From: Eledone cirrhosa
Taxonomy: Eukaryota
Length of the DNA: 64,000 nt
NCBI GenBank assembly: GCA_964016885.1
Contig: OZ024741.1
Coordinates: 359,848,001-359,912,000, forward strand
Direction: 5' to 3'
A program made the translations under genes and the position numbers. The notes below the pieces were generated by a model. The model ran no database searches, was not told where the DNA came from, and was given only the letters and a program-made list of their open reading frames with translations. This document shows, piece after piece, positions 1-10,975 of the stretch. Numbering within the stretch: the stretch's first letter is position 1; each line of letters starts with the position of its first letter.

Positions 1-599
1 CTGTAGTAAAAAACATTCGAAATTTATACAATAGCTATCAATCAAGGAGAGGTCAATAAATATATCAAGACTTCTAATATATAGTTGCTGCTGTTGATTT
101 TCAATGCGGACGTAGCAGAAAACTATATCGCACAAGTCATGTGTCTTTCAAGAATGACAATCAGCAGCAGTAATTTCTCTGCGCCAACCGATGTTAGAAT
201 AGTTGAAATACTACTTTCTCTCTCAATGTGTCTATTCTAACAACAGCATAGCGGTGGATTGGCAGTATCGTTAAAAGGTCGGACTACATGCTTTGCAGCA
301 TAGAGTTACGGCCTGTGTTCAAATCACGCCGAGGTTAACTTTGCCTTTCATCTTTACGGGGTCGATAAAATAAAGCACCAGTGATACACTTGGGTAATTG
401 CTGGCCTTGTGTCAAAAGCAGAAATTATAACAATAGCAAACATTTTCGGCACCAAAGTATATTTGAATATTTAGATGACTACTCTCGGGTCTTGAATAAT
501 CGACCCCTCACCCCCGCCGCTTATTAAATTTTGCTAATCTATCTCTAGCGAAATTTTATTTTAAGTGGTAGCATTCCTGCGACAATTAATTTCCTTTAG

Positions 600-1200
600 A
601 CATAAAAAAAAACATACATGACAAAAAAAGTACATTACTAGAAATCCCATACTTCTGCAGAACCTTCCACAGTAGGTCCCATACACCTTTTGGCATTACT
701 CCCACGATTTCTCAACGACCTGCTGCATCTGGGGCGAAAACTGCACTGTTCATAAGCTAGCTTGGACTCATCAATCTCTCTACATCTCTTTGCTAGACAT
801 TTAACATAGTCCCAATTTTCAAAGTAAAATCTATGTTAAATGTCTAGCAAAGAGATGTAGAGAGCTTTGATCTCTGTAAAAGCACCTAAGTAATGGTAAT
901 CGGGAGTGATAGTCCCAATTTTCAAAGTAAAATCTATCACTCCCGATTACCATTACTTGGGTGCTTTTACAGAGATCAAAGCCACCAGGAATGGAATACA
1001 CGAGTCAGCCAGAGAATATCTCTATTTGAGGCTTTTAACATCTCAGGCCAAATTACATCCTTGCCACATTGAACTCTTTAATTGATCTTGTAACCTCAGC
1101 CTCAGAGATTAGTCATCTTTCCCAGATGTACCTCATGTGCATCAAAAGATGCTCTTGTGATCAGTTTTAGGAGATCAGCAAAGTATTCTCTCCACCTTGC
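600..1200 (-). mobile_element. Old degraded RTE-type LINE reverse transcriptase remnant
   Basis: Minus-strand peptide remnants GKDVIWPEMLKA, ESKLAYEQCSFRP, EKSWE and LWKVLQKYG resemble RTE RT motifs; many stops and frameshifts; boundaries approximate. Confidence 0.55.
776..982. repeat. Twin inverted repeat (A-L-A'-B-L-B') with an identical 21-nt loop
   Basis: Arms 776-809/831-864 and 864-912/934-982; the loop tcccaattttcaaagtaaaat occurs at both 810-830 and 913-933. Confidence 0.9.
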
Positions 1201-1616
1201 AAGGATGCACCTTTCTGAAGAAGGTTCTCATCTCTTTCCCGCAGAGCTGTTCTGCTAGAAAATGGTTGCAAGTAGCGGATAGCGATATGATAATTGTGAT
1301 ATAAGCGGGCACCTTCTGGGCAAATAAACAGCCCTGGATTAACAACGGTAAACTACTTGAGGAGTAGGAGCGATGGTTAACACCTTTTGTGCCCAAGAAA
1401 ACTCTCACAACCCAGTGATGTAGCTATGATAAGGTGAGTAAGGGCAGCCGCTAAAAATGCCTAGTCTTCACGCTTCTGAGAAAATTGCGTTAAGGTGAGA
1501 GGCATTTTCTAACTGCAATTTTGTTTTTAATAGATAAATATATATTCCCTCGTAATAGCAATATTATAAAGTAGAGTTAGTAGCAGACACATTCTCCAGC
1601 TGAAAAAGAATTTAGA

Positions 1617-1874
1617 ATGGCTTGTACTAAGCAAACAGCTTGTAAATCCACTGGGGGAAAAGTTCCTTGTAATCAACTTGCCACCAAGGCAGCCAGGGAA
1701 AAGCCTGGCACCAACCTCTCCATGAGATCAGACCACCCATGGAACTACCTTCCAAGCTTATTTAGTGGGTCTTTTCAAAGATCCCAACTAGTGTGCCATT
1801 CACGACAAGTGAGTGACTATCATGCCTAAGGATATCCAACTCGCCTATCAGATCTGCTGTGGGAGAGAGCTTAA
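1617..1874 (+). pseudogene. H3: Histone H3 pseudogene, internally deleted and frameshifted
   Basis: [27 protein letters not shown] matches the H3 N-terminal tail; downstream [11 protein letters not shown]...ERA-stop matches the H3 C-terminus; the core is largely missing. Confidence 0.9.
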
Positions 1875-1900
1875 GTTGCTTCAGTTTATCTAAATAAAAC

Positions 1901-1916
1901 GTCCATTTTCAGGGCC
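1901..1916 (+). promoter_or_regulatory. Degenerate replication-dependent histone 3' stem-loop
   Basis: GTCCATTTTCAGGGCC versus canonical GGCCCTTTTCAGGGCC (2 mismatches), 26 nt after the H3 stop and preceded by AAAAC. Confidence 0.7.
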
Positions 1917-2179
1917 TCCCTTCTCACAGGAAATGCCCTCTGTTGCTGTTGATTTTGGTATTGCAAATAGTTTTACTGACTGGTACACAGTGCATAGTCT
2001 AGCTTGTTTATCATGGATATTTTTTTGTGTGAAAGTGGGGTATTAAGCTGTGATTTCTAACAGTTCAACTGATTGCGGTTTAAAATGAGACCAATGATAA
2101 TGGGGAATGTAAAACTTGGCTTTCTTGAATTATGAAATTTTATTGTTCTTTTCAAAGCTGTTTATACAAAAACAAAAGA

Positions 2180-2500
2180 CACTATTAAAGGGAACAAAGA
2201 AAAAAAGAAGCAACGAAAGAAAGGGACAGACACTACACCCCTGTCTCAGCGATGTTTCAGCTGTGCTCTGTGGACAAAATGGTAATGGCATTACCACAGA
2301 GAATGGCCAGAGACACCCGCTGCAACAGCCACCCCTCCTTATGGGACTCCTTCCTCAAACAAGCTGCTGTCTTTCTGATTTTACGGAGGAAAGCAGTAGT
2401 GCAGAGACCAAGGACACCACAAGTCTTGACAAAGACTGGTACAAAGAGGAAGCGGTCAGCCAGGCACTGATATTTAACTATCTTCCTCTCCTCAGCATTG
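2180..2500 (-). mobile_element. 3' fragment of a CRE-like non-LTR retrotransposon (restriction-like endonuclease C-terminus)
   Basis: KIVKYQCLADRFLFVPVFVKTCGVLG...WLLQRVSLAILCGNA resembles the K..KY...FVP..ET.G..G...QR.S.A..RGNA end of CRE-clade ORFs. Confidence 0.65.
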
Positions 2501-2549
2501 CAAAAAAAAATAATAATAATAATAATTGGTTTGATAAGAAAATGCAAAA

Positions 2550-2871
2550 TAGGGTGAATTTTTAAAATTACACCTGCCCCACGTTTTTCCTATGGTTTTT
2601 AATGTTTTGAATGAACCTGACCTTCAAATCTGTCGGAAATTAGTTCTTTAACTACTGGAGGTGTGAGTAGAGTGGGTGGGGTGTACCTTCAGGTTTATTG
2701 GGTTATGTTTACCTCCAAACTGGACAACTCCAAGGTTGACCTCCCTCACACGTTAACTAAAAAAGCAAATCATTTCTGAGTTTTCAACATCAGATTTGTT
2801 CAAAACAAAAAAAACAGGAAAATTAAATTTGAATTCGTGTGAGATGGGTGTAATTTAAAAAATTTACCCTA
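2550..2871. mobile_element. MITE with ~25-bp terminal inverted repeats
   Basis: tagggtgaatttttaaaattacacc ... ggtgtaatttaaaaaatttacccta. Confidence 0.55.
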
Positions 2872-4349
2872 AATTTCATCAAAAAGTTCATTTAATTTGC
2901 TTATGTGTTTTACCACTATTCCAAAAAATCTCAATTATTTTCCTATGCACTAACCTTGTTTATTTTTTAAACAACACAATCAATCACGAGACTACATGGT
3001 GGCCTGGTCTACTAGAAATAGCCAAATCTATTGTCCTGTCAAAATGGATAAAATACTCTAGATGGCCATGGCTTAAATTCTTTTGGTTAAGTCAACTCAA
3101 TCAGGATAGTTCTCATAAATCAAGGAAAGCAACTCCTTTGCGTTTGAACTAATGCATCTAATACAATAGGGTGATTCAAGCTTAGCAAATTATTTTAAAG
3201 AAGAAAAAAAAATCAACGTCAATTGTTTTTCTTAAAACAATGAATTGATTAAAAAAAATTTTTTTTTACTTTAGTAATTTCAAGAGGTTATCTTTTTTTA
3301 ATTAGAGCATGCTAGTTTTCCAGTCTAGTTTCAAGAATGGACTCCTGGCATTTAATGGGTGTTTGCTTCAAAATTATCACATTTTTGTTTCTAATCTATT
3401 AGATTAAAAAAATCTAATATTTTCAGCTGCTGCTATCATTCAACATTTTTTTTTCTTAAATCCTTATATAATTTTTACTGTTTCCACTTCTTTTGAGTTC
3501 TAACTGCAGATGTGAATAGTTATATAAACCAATTTTATAGTTCCTATTTACCATTTTGTATATTTCCAGTTCATCTGTTTTGCTTTGTCTATAAGTAATT
3601 TTTCTCACCCTCACGGTACGCAAAACGTTTTTCAACCCAGGTAGTTATTTAATAGCTTTTATTTCTACTGATTCAATTTTCCCTGAGAATTCTTTATTTA
3701 AGGAACTTGGAACTGGACAACCTTTCGATTGTAAGCCCAATGCTCTAACCATTAATTGCATAATCTATTTGAAATTTTTATTATTTTTTTTTATGTAACA
3801 TAATCTGCCATTTTTTGTTCCCTTTCTGAATTAATTTGACACAGTTCATATCTCTTTCCTACATTCATTTCCCTTCCAGTATGAATGTGTTAGCACTTGT
3901 CTGGGTGGAATAGTAACAACCATGTATCTCTTCAGTTTTCCATTTTCAAGAGATCTTACAATTTAGTGTAGTATTGGTATCATTTGTTAAAACAGGTTTG
4001 TGATAATATTTGTTGTAAATCATATTACAAAAAGGAGTGACTCTAATAGTACTCCAATAATTTCCGATGTCACATGTCATGTTGTTTTATTCTTCTTCAC
4101 CCTCACTCGCCTTTTGATATTGAGACAGTCTTCAATCCACTTTAACCCTTTTGATACCAAATTGTCCCCTCTGTTACAAAATAGTTTATATTTATCTAAA
4201 AACCTTCCATTATAATTTTATTTAAGGACCTTTGTTAAGTTATGCTCTAATAAAGTTTAATTATATTAATAAATCCCTCCAAATTCTTGGTTATTTTCAA
4301 AATTTATTGAAAATCACAGGCAGTGTCTTTCATTATGCTTCTTATTCAT

Positions 4350-4720
4350 GAGTCTCAAGTGTGGTATCATCTCAAATGGCCTTTGAAAATCTAGGAAAAT
4401 GCAGTCTATTCCAATTTCTTGATCCATGTCTTGTTATTCATAAAATTCATGTTTCCTTACAAAAATCTTTTTTAGAATTTTACTTGAAATCGATGTTAGT
4501 CTCAAAAGGCTTTGATATTTTGCTTTACTTCAGTTTCCCATTTGCTACTAACCTTGTAATTGTCTTACCTTTGAAGCCTCTTGGTACAGAATTGGTATCT
4601 GCCATATGTTTAAGACATCTAGGATATACATCATCAGTTTCATCAGTCTATCTTTAAGAAATTTCCTAATTTTCATTTCTCTGTTCATTCAAAGAAACGT
4701 GACCAAGAGGGTGAATAGGA
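4350..4720 (-). mobile_element. Highly decayed CR1-like LINE RT remnant
   Basis: Minus-strand IDCIFLDFQ.AFEMIP-like motif resembling CR1 D.IYLDFSKAFDKVPH; frameshifted. Confidence 0.4.
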
Positions 4721-5763
4721 GAGACTATCATAGGAGAAAAAAAATGGTTGAAGCAAGTGGGTGTAAGGGGGGGGGGGGGGCAGTGATAGCAGCTACATGT
4801 TTGTTGGCAAGAGAGATTGTTAGAAGAAGGGATAAGGAATAGAAGGACAGTGATGGTTTTTACATGTTTGTTGGTAAGAGAGAGTGTTAGAGGAGGGGAT
4901 GAGAGATAGGAGGGCAGTGATAGCAGCTACATGTTTGTTGGTAAGCAGACTCGAGGCTAGCTCTACAATAAGGTATAAAGGAAATCAGGAACAGAGATCA
5001 ATAACTGATTTTGTTATTCTCTGATCTCTTCAATTCTGTGCAGATGTTTGTGTTAAGAGAGGAGCTGAGCTGTCAACTGATCACCATCTAGTTATCTGCA
5101 AGTCCAGACTACCTAAAGCCAACGAAGCCCTCGAAACTGGCAGGTCCAGGGAGACTTACAGGATAAAGTGGGAAGCGTTGGTGAATAAGGAAGTCAGAAT
5201 AATTAATGATGACAGAGTTCATTTCTCTGCTAATAGCTTGGTTACATTTTTTGGGACACCCTTTATACACACATACACACACACATATATATTATAAAAT
5301 TATGTATACTTTTTTAGGACACCCTATATATGCACCATCATGTAACATACGTCTTCCCTACTAATTGATGATGATGCATATATTTATACACACACTCACA
5401 CACACACGTATATATATATATATATATATATACACACCCACACACACACCTTTATCCAGGGTAGGATATTGCGAGTCCTTATTTCCTGACTGCCAAGAAT
5501 AACCAAGCTATTAGCAGAGAAGGATGGACAGAGAAATGAACATGTATGTGAAAATTAATTTTTCTTCCCCTTTTTATTTTTTAAATTATTATTACTATCA
5601 CTATTTCTACAAATATGCAACTTAACAATATTCTGCATATCCGCAATTGGCAATGCATATAATGCTAAAACCGGTATTGTAAATAAATTAATGTTTTGAT
5701 ATTTCACTGAAAAAATCTCTTCAACATTTTCTACTGCAAAAATCTTTTTCCTTTCTACTATTT

Positions 5764-5797
<34 letters not shown>

Positions 5798-5858
5798 ATG
5801 AAATCGAAAATGCAACTGGAGTCTTATTTAAAAAAATATATATATATTTATTTGGTTC

Positions 5859-5894
5859 CTTTACCGGTTTCGCAGTTCTTCTGCTTTTCAAAAG
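5859..5894 (-). ncRNA. Degenerate minimal type I hammerhead ribozyme (Penelope pLTR type)
   Basis: Minus strand ctt-TTGAAAA-gcag aagaa ctgc-GAAAC-CG-GTA-aag: perfect stem II, palindromic stem III ACCGGU, GUA triplet; the CUGANGA core is mutated. Confidence 0.5.
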
Positions 5895-5954
5895 TAGAGT
5901 TGAGATGGAGGGTCTGTGGTTTTTCTCATATATATATATATAGTGCAAATTTAT

Positions 5955-8918
5955 ACGGGAACAAAACAGAGAGGCAGACAAATAAAGGTTTATTAGGTTC
6001 ACGCTTTTGAGAGTGAGGGGGGGGGGGGGGCGTTTCGGGCATAACCCCTTCTTCAGGAGTAAATAGGTTAGGAAGAGAGTTCAGAAGGTGTGTGGAAATA
6101 CATTTAGATTAAAGGGGGAAGGAGAACAAATAAAAATAAAAATAAACAATAAGATGGACAAATGGTGGAAGGGTGTGAGGCGTGTAAGGGTGGTGGAGTT
6201 GGGAGAGGGAGGCTGAAGGTTGTGTTTATGTATGTGTGTAGGTGTACGTGAGTGTGTGTGCGTGTGTATGTGAGAGTTTGGGGAAGAACGAGGTTCCATG
6301 TTCAGGAAAAGGCGTGGGGTGGGGTGTAAGTCGGTGTGTGTGTGCGTATGGAAGGAGAGGGGTGGGGGAGGTGGCGTGCGGATTTCGGAGGTTGTGTATA
6401 TGTGGGGGTACGCACGTGTGTGTTTGTGTTTATATGTGGGTGGTGTGCGAAAAAATGTGTGAGTGTATGTTCATGGGTAAGGTCCTGAGGTAGTTCCGTC
6501 AGATGTGTGGAGAGGGGCTGGATATTTTTCAAGATATGGAGTGGATGGTTGGAAAGATGACCAAAGGTGTAGAATCCAATGTTGGTGGTGGTTGGAAGTG
6601 GGGTGCGCGCGCAACAGGAAGTGGTCAGAAGGTCAAGACAGGGTGTAGAGATAGCAGTAGAGCGGGATGACAGGTGGAGTGAGGTGAGGACTGTGTGCAA
6701 AGGTGCGAGGGAGAGGATGGGTAGGTGTGAAGTGTGGAGGGGGAAGGTGGTGATGGGGTGCGATGGGGTGTATATTAGTAGAGGTGTTAGTGGGGTGTGG
6801 GTGGAGCGGGGAGAAGAGAGGTGTTGTTGACGGAGGAGGGAGTGTAGTGTACTGGTGTGTGTGTGTGTGTGTGGTAAAGGGGGTGTTAGTGGGTGTTAGT
6901 ATTAAAGGGTGGAAAGCGGGTGTGTAAGAGGGGGTTAGTGGTGGTAGTAGGGTGTGTGGATAGTGTGAGTGCGTGTATATATGTTCAGGTGGGTGTGTGC
7001 GTGTTAGGGGGAGGGGTGGGGATGTTAGTATAGTTAGTTGGGGGAGGGCCGAGGGGTGGGTGGGGGTGTTAGCATGTTAGTTGTGGGATGGGCGGTGAAA
7101 AGGGAAGTGGGGAGATGGGTGGGCGGTCGAAGGCTAAAGGAATAGGGGTGGGGAGTTCAAGCCGGGAGATGTGTGGGTCTGGAGGGTGAAGATGGTGCGT
7201 TGTTGGACCGTGAGGCGGGTGTTCCATGGCATTGGAGAAGGCCACAGACTGTGAGGTGGTGGGCGGAATGTCCAGGGGAGCGAAAGTGGCGGGCGATCGG
7301 GGAACTCCCGCCGAGGCGAATATCCCGGAGGTGTTCCGTGAAACGGTCCGCCAGGTGACGTCAAGTCTGTCAGACGTAGGTTGCGCTGCACTCCGTGCAG
7401 TGAAGTCCATAGACTAGGTTGGAGGAGATGCAGTGGAAGGCGTGCCGGACAGAGAGAGAGTGGCGGTTGGGACCATGGAAGGTGGTGGTGTTGGTGATGT
7501 GGGGGTAGGTGTGGCAACGGGGCCTGGAGCAGGGAAGTGAACTGGGGGGGGATTGGGGGGTAGGGAGCTGTGGCCGAGGAGGGTGCGGAGATTGTGTGCG
7601 CGTTTGAAGGAGAGGTGGGGAGGGGAAGATGGGGGAAGTGGAGAAGTCGGACTGGAGGCGGAGGATAGTGCAGTGGAGGGGTGGTAGGTGATGGGGAAGG
7701 GGAGACGGTGGCGTGGGGTGAGGGCGGTGTGGACGAGGAAGGGTGGGTAAACTCGCCGGATGAAATGGCTGACTAGGGAAAGGGCTTGGGACTCAAAGTC
7801 AGCATCTCGGCTGCAGAGGCGGATCCGGAGGAGTTGGGAGTAGGGGATGAAGTGTTTGGTGTGTGTAGGGTAGGAGGAGGTGAAGTCGAGGTAGGAGTGG
7901 GAGTCGGTGCGTTGGAAGGAGGCGGAGATGACGAGGGAGCGGTGGGAGGGGTCGATGGCGACGGAGATGTCTAAGAAGTGGACGTGGGTGGTGGAGATAG
8001 AGGTGGTGAAGTGGAGGGAGGGGTGGAAGGAGAGAAAGGAGTCGAGCTGTTCTTGGGTGAGGGTCATGGCTCCGATACAGTCGTCGATGTAACGACTGTA
8101 TATTTCGGGTGTGGGGCCGGTGTACTGGGCAAAGATTTGGGCCTCAACATGGCCAACGAAAAGGTTGGCATAGTTTGGGCCCATTCTTGTGCCCATGGCT
8201 ACCCCCGTGACCTGTTGGTAAAACTCACCCGAGAAGGAGAAGCAGTTGAGGGTGAGGACCAGCTCGGCGAGGTAAAGGAGGGTGGGGGGTGGAAGAGATG
8301 GGGGAGGGGCAAAGATCGAGGTAGTGCCGGAGGGCACGAAGGCCATCGGCGTGGGGGATGACAGTATAGAGGGACTGGATATCTAGGGTGAAGAGGAGGG
8401 GGTGTGGGCCGGGTGGGAAAGTGACGGAGTCGAAAGGCGAAGGGTGTGGTTGGTGTTGGAGATGTGAGAGGGGAGGGTGGTGACGAGGGGGGAGGATGGA
8501 GTCAAGAAAGGCGGAGATGAGTTCAGTGGGGCAGTTGCAAGCAGAGACGATGGGGCAGCCGGGGTTGTTAGGTTTGTAGAGTTTGGGGAGGAAGTAGATA
8601 GTAGGGGTGCGGTGGGGGAGAGGGGGGAGGAGACATGGTGTTTGATGGTGGAGGAAACTTGTTGGTAGAGGGGTGTGGGGTCAGAGGGTAGAGGGGGTTA
8701 CGGAGCTGCTTGAGGGCTTCAACCATGTAGAGGTCGGCGCGCCACACCACCACGGCGCCTCCCTTGTCCGCCGGTTTGATGACGATGTCATCCCGGCTAT
8801 GGAGGGAGCGGAGAGCGAGGAGTTCACCCCGTGTGATGTTATTCCGTTTGGAATGGTGGCGGAAGTCGAAGTGATTTACTGCGCTACGGCAGGCATCAAC
8901 GAACGTGTCCAGGGTGCT
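5955..8918 (-). mobile_element. Penelope-like element (RT + GIY-YIG endonuclease), 5'-truncated and degraded
   Basis: IKPADKGGAVVVW, GVAMGTRMGPNYANLF and RYIDD (PLE RT); SNLVYGLHCTECSATYV*QT*RHLADRFTEH (GIY-YIG) near 7420-7330; hammerhead core in the 3' tail; flanked by (TA)n. Confidence 0.9.
6030..6056 (-). ncRNA. Hammerhead ribozyme core at the Penelope 3' end (cleavage triplet lost)
   Basis: Minus strand CTGAAGA-aggggttatgccc-GAAACG followed by poly-C where the NUH triplet and stem I would be. Confidence 0.6.
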
Positions 8919-8943
8919 ATATATATATATATATATATATATT

Positions 8944-9073
8944 GTATAAAATACATGGTAAACTGACATATACTTTCCTAGGTACTCAGAGTTTCCCAAA
9001 GCAAGTTGATTTCGCCTCATTCATCAGAAAGGTGACTTTCTGACATGGCTGATGAATGAGGTGAAATCAACTT
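8944..9073. repeat. (TA)n-flanked fold-back unit
   Basis: Arms 9003-9027 and 9049-9073 (1 mismatch) containing CTGATGA...GAAA; ~60-bp unique leader with GGTACTCA; inner hairpin tcagaaag-gtga-ctttctga. Confidence 0.8.
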
Positions 9074-10093
9074 TATATATATCTCTATAATTACATATTG
9101 GGGGCTCTTTCTTTAGAGATTACAACCACATATTCAGGCAACAATATATATACCAATATGTAACATATATTTGTATATATTTCTGTCTGAAACTTTTGAC
9201 CCAAATAAAACACTAGAGAGTGGGAGTGAAAAGGTAAATACTGAGAACAGGAGTGAAAGGATAAGGAGAAAAAAAGGTAGCAAAAGTTAGAAAGAGGGAT
9301 GGTAGTGAGGAAACAGAGAAAGTAAGTGAGATAAAGTGTGAAGATGAGAAGTGAGGGAAGAAGTAAATGTGTGAGAGTAAGGACTAGACTTAACCCTGTT
9401 GCGCGTCTTCCTTGCTGTCCTCCGGGGAAACGCCTTCTCCATTCTGTCCGCCGGGGCTGTGGGTGGGCCTCATCGTGTACCAATACATTAGTTAAATACC
9501 ATTCTTTCATATGAAATACACTCTATTTCAATTAATTAATTAATTAATTGTTAATTATTTCATTATTAAGTAATTTAACATTTGGCTTTTATATAAAATT
9601 ATGTTGGAAGAATTTAATTTAACTTGGAACCCTTTAAAATGGTTTGTTTTGTTTTATAGACCCAGAGTTGGTTTTGGTGAAGTTGCTATGAAAAGGGTTA
9701 AACAAGGAGATGCAAGATTAAATGGGTTTGTGATGTTACTCTCTTTAATTAGCTAATTTTCCCATCATCATCACCACTACCACCACCATCATCATCATCA
9801 TCACCGCCATCGTCACCATCATCATCACCATCACCACCATCATCATCATCATTACCATCATCTCCACCATCACCATCATCATCACCATCATCTCTCTCTC
9901 TCATGTATGGGTAGATTAATTGAAAATTTCTGTTCCAGTAACCACAGACACTAGACTTTTAAGTATCAATTATTTTTTTAATCAAAAGATTTATATTAAG
10001 GTCAGGTATGGATAAAGGACAAAATTTATTTAAACATACTTTAAAAACAATCTAATTCCACAGACTATAATTTTTAACAGCAGAAGTACAGAA

Positions 10094-10133
<40 letters not shown>

Positions 10134-10469
10134 GTCAGCTGAAAAGTTCATAGGCTGACCAAGGTACTCTCATGGAATGACCAAATGAAGTTTATTTTTC
10201 AACATAATCTCTGGAAAGAAACAATGCAGTTATTAATAAGAAGAGTTGAAATGAATGCATGCAAGATTTCACAGCTATAGCATCAATCCTTCATAGTTAG
10301 CTGACCCTTGTATGTATATCAGTAGGCCCCTCCAAACCAAACATACACCCCAACCCACTACCCCTACTCTATCCTCCCACTCCCGCCAACACCACCCTTT
10401 CTCTATAAAATTTTGTTGGTACCACAACATCCAGTCCAAACTAAAGAGGTGGTGTAGGTGTCACAACAA

Positions 10470-10700
10470 AACACACAGTCCACGTTGTAAAGTGGTCGTG
10501 TAGATAACATGGTAAAAAGCTCCAGTCCACACTGTAAATGTGGTTGGTGTTAGGAAGGGCACCCAGCCATAGAAAACCAGCCAGATAGTCCTATATGTGC
10601 GAGACATGGTCACCCGACCAATCTTGCCTCAAGTGGGACAACTCCTGTCTAACCCATGCCAGCGTGGAAGATAGACGTTAAACGATGATGATGATGATGA
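10470..10700 (+). mobile_element. RTE 3' UTR fragment or SINE tail ending in (GAT)n
   Basis: Same sequence as the 3' UTR of the RTE at 10976-14882 but in the opposite orientation; ends gacgttaaacgatgatgatg. Confidence 0.7.
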
Positions 10701-10975
10701 TATTTCGTTTTTGTATTTGTTTTGCAAGAATTTTTATCTGAGAATGTATGTTGAAACAGAGATTGTTATATTTTGGGAGGATCATATTGCCAATAAAAAT
10801 GTCACTGGTGAGGTGAAAGAATGTGTGATGAAAGAGCTTTAGACCACCATCCAGTTATTAAACTGACTGACTGGGAAATTATAATAATAAATTGAAGTGA
10901 AACGCAACAGGTGTGTGTGTTTTTTATTGGCAGTATGACTCTCCCAATGTCTAACAATATATATATATATACATA

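Noticed and set aside
1-20. Minus-strand acceptor-like gttttttactacag ending at position 1, a possible start of ARF-like exon 3
   Set aside because: The exon would lie outside the window and cannot be tested; no exon encoding LIFVVD/NKxD was found in 1-23590.
6081-7130. Pro/His/Thr-rich and Gly/Val-rich ORFs
   Set aside because: Low-complexity strand-biased 3' region of the Penelope-like element.
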